Assembly (NCBI GenBank): GCA_021157585.1
Contig: JAGGWH010000103.1
Location: 23-64,022, forward strand
Source: Bacteroidales bacterium
GTDB taxonomy: Bacteria; Bacteroidota; Bacteroidia; Bacteroidales; UBA12170
Length of the DNA stretch: 64,000 nucleotides
Reading direction: 5' to 3'
Each line of letters begins with the position of its first letter. The first letter of the stretch is position 1. Both the position numbers and the translations under genes were made by a program. Shown here in pieces: positions 58,859 to 64,000 of this stretch. The notes under the pieces were generated by a model. The model worked only from the letters and a program-made list of their open reading frames with translations. It did no database searches and was not told the DNA's origin.

Positions 58859-59750
58859 AATTCCTTTCAGCTATGCGTAATTTAGCACTACGCGCACGAC
58901 TATTTATTATTATTTCCTCTTCAGAAGCAGTATGTGGTTTTCGGGTTATACTTTTAAAAGGAGATATTACGTTTCCATAAAAATCTTTTTCCAACTCCCC
59001 TTCGAAATTGCCTGCCTTAATAAAATTCTTCACCAAACGATCTTCTAAGGAATGGTAGGCAAGAACAACTAATCGTCCACCGGGTTTTATCACATCAGTA
59101 CATTGCTTTAAAAGGCTTTCCAAAGCATCAAGCTCTTCATTGACTTCAATTCTTAAAGCTTGGAAAACCTGAGCGTAAAATTTGTTTTCTCTATGTCGCG
59201 GGGCATGAGGAGCAAGACACGCTTTTAATTCATCAACGGTATTTACAGCGGCAATACTTCGTGCTTCTAAAATCCGTTTGCTTATGCTGTATGCATTTTT
59301 AAGCTCTCCGTAAAGACGAAAAACTCTAGTTAAATCTTCTAATGAATAAGTGTTGATAATAGTTGCTGCTGTTTGCTCATTTCTTTTATCCATACGAGCA
59401 TCAAGTTCACCGTCATAGCGCGTAGAAAATCCACGTTCGGGTATATCAAACTGATGTGAGGAAACACCTAAATCAGCTATCAAACCATCAACTTTACTTG
59501 CTTGATGCAAACGGAGGAAATTTTTTAGATATTTAAAATTTTGATGAACAAGAGTAAACCTAGGATCATCAAACGCATTGACTAAGGCATCAGAATCCTG
59601 ATCGAAAGCAATTAAACGACCGCCCTCCATCCTATCCAAGATAGTTCTAGAATGACCACCGCCACCAAAGGTAACATCAACATAAATGCCGCCCGGCTGA
59701 ATATTCAGTCCGTCAACACTTTCTTTTAACATAACCGGATTATGATACAT
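58845..59750 (-). CDS. rsmH: 16S rRNA (cytosine1402-N4)-methyltransferase
   Basis: 301 aa: MYHNPVMLKESVDGL.., with a DVTFGGGGHS motif. Confidence 0.96.
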   Translation of the reverse strand: MYHNPVMLKESVDGLNIQPGGIYVDVTFGGGGHSRTILDRMEGGRLIAFDQDSDALVNAFDDPRFTLVHQNFKYLKNFLRLHQASKVDGLIADLGVSSHQFDIPERGFSTRYDGELDARMDKRNEQTAATIINTYSLEDLTRVFRLYGELKNAYSISKRILEARSIAAVNTVDELKACLAPHAPRHRENKFYAQVFQALRIEVNEELDALESLLKQCTDVIKPGGRLVVLAYHSLEDRLVKNFIKAGNFEGELEKDFYGNVISPFKSITRKPHTASEEEIIINSRARSAKLRIAERNYERI

Positions 59751-59764
59751 ACACCTTTTTTTTA

Positions 59765-60229
59765 CTACTCATCGTCGCTAGAGACATTTCCCATTACGTC
59801 TTCTGCAAGAGCACCAAAGTCAATGCTTGGATCGTTTAGAACCTCTTCATAAAGGTTTTTATCCCATATCTCTATCCGATTAACCGAAGAGGCTAAAACA
59901 ATTTCCTTTTTGATCTCGCTAAACTTGACCAGATCTTTAGGAACGAGAATTCGTCCAGCATTGTCAATTTCCAATGTTCTAACTCCCGCCATAAACATTC
60001 TGATGAAATCAGTATTCTTCTTTACAAAGCGATTAAGTTTGTTTACGCCTGCTATTTCCTGATTCCACTCGCCCATAGGATAGAGTTCCAAACACTTTTG
60101 AAAAACACTTCTTTTAATGATAAAACCTTCGTTAAGAATGGGTTGTATTTGCTTTTTTAGGCCTGCCGGAAGCATTAAACGACCCTTAGCATCTACTTTA
60201 CATTCATATGTTCCAATAAGATTTATCAT
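59765..60229 (-). CDS. mraZ: division/cell wall cluster transcriptional regulator MraZ
   Basis: 154 aa with two SpoVT-AbrB halves carrying DxxxR motifs (DAKGRLMLP, DNAGRILVP). Confidence 0.95.
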   Translation of the reverse strand: MINLIGTYECKVDAKGRLMLPAGLKKQIQPILNEGFIIKRSVFQKCLELYPMGEWNQEIAGVNKLNRFVKKNTDFIRMFMAGVRTLEIDNAGRILVPKDLVKFSEIKKEIVLASSVNRIEIWDKNLYEEVLNDPSIDFGALAEDVMGNVSSDDE

Positions 60230-60250
60230 CTACTCTTTGCTATTTGAGTG

Positions 60251-60258
60251 TAAAAATA
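60251..60258 (-). promoter_or_regulatory. near-consensus -7 box (TATTTTTA) for the dcw operon
   Basis: Matches 7 of 8 positions of TAnnTTTG on the minus strand, 21 nt upstream of the mraZ ATG. Confidence 0.3.
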
Positions 60259-60267
60259 CGGTTATAT

Positions 60268-60297
60268 TTACCACATTTTACCACATTTTACCACTTT
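60268..60297 (-). promoter_or_regulatory. putative MraZ operator: three GTGGTAAA direct repeats at 10-bp spacing
   Basis: The minus strand reads AAGTGGTAAAATGTGGTAAAATGTGGTAAAT. GTGG cores lie at 60294-60291, 60284-60281 and 60274-60271, which is 42-65 nt upstream of the mraZ ATG. Confidence 0.6.
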
Positions 60298-60470
60298 GTT
60301 AATAAAAAGTTACATTTATTATCATAAAAAATGAATTTTGCGTATTTAAGATACGGATTATCAGCAGTTTAAATCCGAACAAATAGAGTAAAGCAAAGTG
60401 GAGATGTTTATAACTTCCAAGAGATATTGCTAAAAATTAAATACTATCTGTCTTTTAAGGAATTATTATT

Positions 60471-60478
60471 TAATTTTG
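60471..60478 (+). promoter_or_regulatory. candidate -7 box (TAATTTTG) for the acyltransferase pair
   Basis: Exact TAnnTTTG 20 nt upstream of the ATG at 60499 and downstream of the TTG start used by the track. Confidence 0.45.
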
Positions 60479-60498
60479 AACTCGAATACGAGAAGTTT

Positions 60499-61332
60499 AT
60501 GGAAAACACTGAAACAACAGTTAGAGATTTTATAGATGTAGAGCGAATAATAGCTTCAAAAAGCGAGAAAGCACTCAAATACACTCCTAATTTTATTATT
60601 GCATATTTAAAACGAATAGTACATCAGGATTATATAAATACATTTCTGGTAGAACAAAAAGATAAAGAAGGCTTAGATTTCGTCAGAGCTGTTCTTGATG
60701 AATTTGACATTAAACTCAATATACAAGGACTCGATAATATTGATAGAGAAAAAAGATATATCATTGCGGCTAATCACCCTATTGGAAGCATGGATGGAAT
60801 TGCATTAATGGATGTGCTTGGTAAAGTTAGAGAAGACATTATTTTCCCTGTAAATGATTTATTGATGAATATACCCCATCTTCAAAAACTTTTTATCCCC
60901 ATAAATAAACACGGAAGTAATATTGAAAATGCACGAATTATTGACCGTACTTTTGCTTCGAAAGTGATGATGCTTTATTTTCCTGCAGGTCTAGTTTCGA
61001 GGCGAAAAAAAGGTGTTATAGAAGATACCGAATGGAAAAAAACATTTATACGTAAATCTCGTGATTATAAACGCGATATAGTCCCTACTTATATCGAAGG
61101 TAGAGTTAGCTCGTTTTTTTATCGTTTAGCCAATTGGAGAGCCCGTTTAGGTATAAAAATAAATATAGAAATGCTCTATCTTGCCAACGAAATGTTTAAA
61201 CAAAGAGGTAAAGAAATAAAAATTATTTTTGGCAAACCTATTCCTCATCAAACTTTTGATCGCTCAAAAAAAGATATTGAATGGGCTGCTTATGTAAAAA
61301 AGCAAGTTTATGCTATAAATAAAAAAGATTAA
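60499..61332 (+). CDS. lysophospholipid/lyso-lipoamino-acid O-acyltransferase (PlsC superfamily; GlsA/OlsA-like)
   Basis: The track start at 60427 is a TTG; the ATG at 60499 gives MENTETTVRDF... An acyltransferase histidine-box region AANHPIGSMDG is present, followed by ..YFPAGLVSRR... Confidence 0.65.
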   Translation: MENTETTVRDFIDVERIIASKSEKALKYTPNFIIAYLKRIVHQDYINTFLVEQKDKEGLDFVRAVLDEFDIKLNIQGLDNIDREKRYIIAANHPIGSMDGIALMDVLGKVREDIIFPVNDLLMNIPHLQKLFIPINKHGSNIENARIIDRTFASKVMMLYFPAGLVSRRKKGVIEDTEWKKTFIRKSRDYKRDIVPTYIEGRVSSFFYRLANWRARLGIKINIEMLYLANEMFKQRGKEIKIIFGKPIPHQTFDRSKKDIEWAAYVKKQVYAINKKD

Positions 61333-61346
61333 AAAAAGGAAGAGAA

Positions 61347-62327
61347 ATGCAAAATATTATTCCAAAAGTAAGCAGAGCTTTACTTGACAAAGAACTAACT
61401 AAGGATATCTTTTTTACAGAAACCAATAATGGAGGAAATGAGCTTTATATTTTTTCAGCCCATAATCGACCAAACCTAATGCGTGAAGTTGCTCGTCTCA
61501 GAGAAATTACATTTCGTGAAGCCGGAGGAGGAACAGGAAAAGAGATGGATATGGATAGTTACGACACTTCGGAAGTTCCATTTCAACAACTTATAGTATG
61601 GAATCCTACAGATAAAGAGATTGTAGGTGGATACAGATTTATTTGCGGCAAAAAGATATCTATTATTAACGGAGAAGTAAAAAGTCCGACAACCGGTTTA
61701 TTTAGGTTTTCTAAAGAATTTGTAAACGATTATCTTCCACAGTCTATTGAATTGGGACGATCTTTCGTTCAACCTAATTATCAACCTAATTTTAATCTTA
61801 GAAAAGGAATGTATTCTTTGGATAATTTATGGGATGGATTGGGAGCTATTTCTGTGGAACATCCTGAAATAAAATATCTATACGGCAAAATGACGATGTA
61901 CACAGATTATAACATTTACGCAAGAGACACTCTACTTTATTTTTTACGTAATTTTTTCCCTGACAATAGGTCTTTAATTACACCACGTAAGGCCATAGAG
62001 TTAAAATATCCCGATTCTGAATTCGAAAAGATTTTTACGGGAACTACTTATGAAGAAAACTATAAAATTTTAGTTAGAACAGTACGTAAACATAAAGAAA
62101 ATATACCTCCTTTATTTAATGCCTATATGAATCTATCGGCAAGCATGATGATTTTCGGGACGGCTGTAAATTATAATTTTGGCGAAGTAGAAGAAACCGG
62201 AATGTTAATTACCATTGATGATATTTATGAAAAGAAAAAACATCGGTATTTCAATAGTTACATAAAAAAATTACAAAAAAATATAAAATCCTTAAGGCAT
62301 TATAGGTATGATCGTAAAAACAGCTGA
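61347..62327 (+). CDS. GNAT-family N-acyltransferase (hemolysin-like; GlsB/OlsB-like lipoamino-acid synthase)
   Basis: 326 aa. ..LRFREITFREAGGGTGKEMDMDSYD.. and ..LGRSFVQPNYQ.. resemble the N-acyl amino acid synthase family, from memory. It starts 14 nt after the acyltransferase gene. Confidence 0.65.
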   Translation: MQNIIPKVSRALLDKELTKDIFFTETNNGGNELYIFSAHNRPNLMREVARLREITFREAGGGTGKEMDMDSYDTSEVPFQQLIVWNPTDKEIVGGYRFICGKKISIINGEVKSPTTGLFRFSKEFVNDYLPQSIELGRSFVQPNYQPNFNLRKGMYSLDNLWDGLGAISVEHPEIKYLYGKMTMYTDYNIYARDTLLYFLRNFFPDNRSLITPRKAIELKYPDSEFEKIFTGTTYEENYKILVRTVRKHKENIPPLFNAYMNLSASMMIFGTAVNYNFGEVEETGMLITIDDIYEKKKHRYFNSYIKKLQKNIKSLRHYRYDRKNS

Positions 62328-62919
62328 ATTTTTAGTTAGTAATAGTTATTACCAAAATTGCCCTAAACCCGACAAACCGGAATATGCCTTTATTGGACGA
62401 TCAAATGTTGGAAAGTCATCCTTAATTAATAAAATTACCGGAATTAAAGGCTTGGCAAAAATATCGAGCAAACCCGGTAAAACACAGCTTATAAATCATT
62501 TTAGCATAAACGACGAGTGGTATTTAGTAGATTTACCCGGTTATGGATATGCCAATATTCCTGTTAAAATTAAAGCTAAATGGGAAACCATGATTAATGG
62601 GTATTTGCAAACTCGCAAAAATTTGCTAACGACTTTTGTGCTTATTGATGTGCGACATTCACCCCAAAAAAAAGATATAGAGTTTATTGAGAATTTAGCA
62701 GAATATCTAATTCCCTTTGCATTGATTTTTACAAAAGCCGATAAACTCACCAGCCGAAAACTGAAAGAAAATATAGCTGCTTATCGTAAATATCTTAGCG
62801 AAAACTGGGAAGAACTTCCTCCAAATTTTGTTACTTCATCAAAAACGGGATTGGGAGCCGAAGATATTCTTGATTTTATTGAGCAGACTAATAAGGTTTT
62901 TGTTAATCAATCAATATAG
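62308..62919 (+). CDS. engB: ribosome biogenesis GTPase YsxC/EngB
   Basis: 203 aa with G1 GRSNVGKSSLIN, G3 DLPGYG and G4 TKADK motifs. It overlaps the upstream gene by 20 nt. Confidence 0.92.
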   Translation: MIVKTAEFLVSNSYYQNCPKPDKPEYAFIGRSNVGKSSLINKITGIKGLAKISSKPGKTQLINHFSINDEWYLVDLPGYGYANIPVKIKAKWETMINGYLQTRKNLLTTFVLIDVRHSPQKKDIEFIENLAEYLIPFALIFTKADKLTSRKLKENIAAYRKYLSENWEELPPNFVTSSKTGLGAEDILDFIEQTNKVFVNQSI

Positions 62920-62980
62920 CTTTTATATCCTTTTCTTGCTCTTCCTAAATTGAGACCTAATAAAACACTATTTTGTAATA

Positions 62981-63024
62981 GATCCGTCGGACTTCAGCGT
63001 GAGCATTCGACTGAGAGAAATCAC
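62981..63024. repeat. intergenic repeat, family B
   Basis: GATCCGTCGGACTTCAGCGTGAGCATTCGACTGAGAGAAATCAC. It has the same GATCCGTCG.. start as 32958 and the TCGACT core. Confidence 0.65.
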
Positions 63025-63077
63025 TTGCTTTTTAACACAGTTGAGCTGCTTTTTCTATCTTTGTAAAAAAAATTTGA

Positions 63078-64000
63078 ATGAAATTTGAATTAAAAAAAAC
63101 AGATGGCAACAGTAATGCCAGAGCGGGTGAAATAACTACAGATCACGGAAAAATACAAACGCCAATCTTTATGCCCGTAGGTACAGCCGGAGCTGTAAAA
63201 GCCGTCCATATACGCGATATAAAAGAAGATACTAAAGCTCAAATTATTCTTGGAAATACTTATCATCTGTATTTACGACCGGGAATGGAAGTAATAGAAG
63301 GTGCCGGAGGGCTACATAAATTTAATGGATGGGATAAGCCTATTTTAACCGATAGTGGAGGATATCAAGTTTATTCCCTTTCCGGAACACGAAAACTCAC
63401 AGAAGAAGGCGTACTTTTCCAATCGCATATAGATGGATCCAGACATTTATTTACACCCGAAAAGGTAATGGATATTGAGCGTAGTATTGGAGCCGATATA
63501 ATGATGGCTTTTGACGAATGCACACCTTACCCCTGCGATTATGATTATGCAAAACGTTCTATGGATCTTACCCATCGTTGGTTAGATCGTTGCGTTACAC
63601 ATTTTAATAATACCGATAATAAATATGGCCATAAACAAGCCCTATTTCCTATTGTTCAGGGAAGCACTTATAAAGATTTACGAAAAAAATCGGCTGAAAC
63701 AATTGCATCATATAATGCAGATGGTAACGCCATTGGCGGCTTATCAGTTGGTGAACCTCACGAAATGATGTATGAGCATACCGACTTAGTTTGTTCTATT
63801 CTTCCAAAAGACAAGCCTCGTTATCTGATGGGTGTTGGAACTCCTGCAAATATTTTAGAAAGTATTGCTCTTGGAATAGATATGTTTGATTGTGTAATGC
63901 CTACCAGAAACGGAAGAAATGGAATGCTTTTTACCAGCGAAGGTATTATCAATATTAAAAACAAAAAATGGTATAAAGATTTTTCTCCCATCGACCCAAA
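63078..64000 (+). CDS. tgt: queuine tRNA-ribosyltransferase, 5' part (continues past the right edge)
   Basis: Absent from the track because it is truncated. The ATG at 63078 gives MKFELKKTDGNSNARAGEITTDHGKIQTPIFMPVGTAGAVKA.., with ..FDCVMPTRNGRNG.. near the window end. Confidence 0.95.
   Translation, partial: MKFELKKTDGNSNARAGEITTDHGKIQTPIFMPVGTAGAVKAVHIRDIKEDTKAQIILGNTYHLYLRPGMEVIEGAGGLHKFNGWDKPILTDSGGYQVYSLSGTRKLTEEGVLFQSHIDGSRHLFTPEKVMDIERSIGADIMMAFDECTPYPCDYDYAKRSMDLTHRWLDRCVTHFNNTDNKYGHKQALFPIVQGSTYKDLRKKSAETIASYNADGNAIGGLSVGEPHEMMYEHTDLVCSILPKDKPRYLMGVGTPANILESIALGIDMFDCVMPTRNGRNGMLFTSEGIINIKNKKWYKDFSPIDP

Noticed and set aside
60331-60372. 13-codon ORF (MNFAYLRYGLSAV) in the mraZ/acyltransferase divergent region
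   Set aside because: It is too short and has no promoter box, conservation cue or coupling to a neighbour.

Overview
This is an AT-rich chromosomal segment from a Bacteroidota bacterium. The assignment rests on the porP-gldKLMN type IX secretion operon, recurrent TAnnTTTG -7 boxes and a Bacteroidota-style dcw cluster. Genes are tightly packed, mostly on the minus strand, and almost all are housekeeping. From left to right the window holds: a thioesterase, serine peptidase and EamA transporter operon; a TPR protein with a NapH-like polyferredoxin; a secreted GH97 plus an unassigned glycosidase; a 715-bp ORF-free block; tRNA-Ser(GCT) and tRNA-Pro(TGG); pepE; part of a mevalonate pathway cluster (type 2 IPP isomerase, class II HMG-CoA reductase, GYDIA-type GHMP kinase); groES-groEL; a sigma-54 activator, LptE-like, hypothetical and secG operon; pheT; recG; porP-gldK-gldL-gldM-gldN; a YitT-family protein; an S46 dipeptidyl peptidase; ridA; an envelope cluster (LptD-like, amidase with SPOR domain, MlaD, OstA-like); a sodium:solute symporter; tRNA-Pro(GGG); yqeY; the full dcw cluster from mraZ to ftsZ; an O-acyltransferase and N-acyltransferase pair; engB; and the 5' part of tgt. 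I found no CRISPR array, integrase, transposase, defence island or toxin-antitoxin pair, and no convincing novel protein-coding system. The features least explained by annotation are non-coding. They are the palindrome-dense 715-bp block at 10261-10975, three families of short intergenic repeats, a triple GTGG repeat at 10-bp spacing upstream of mraZ (likely MraZ operator), and a terminator followed by a promoter between ftsA and ftsZ. Several track ORFs start at TTG or GTG and are trimmed here to internal ATGs. All coordinates include the stop codon, as in the ORF track.
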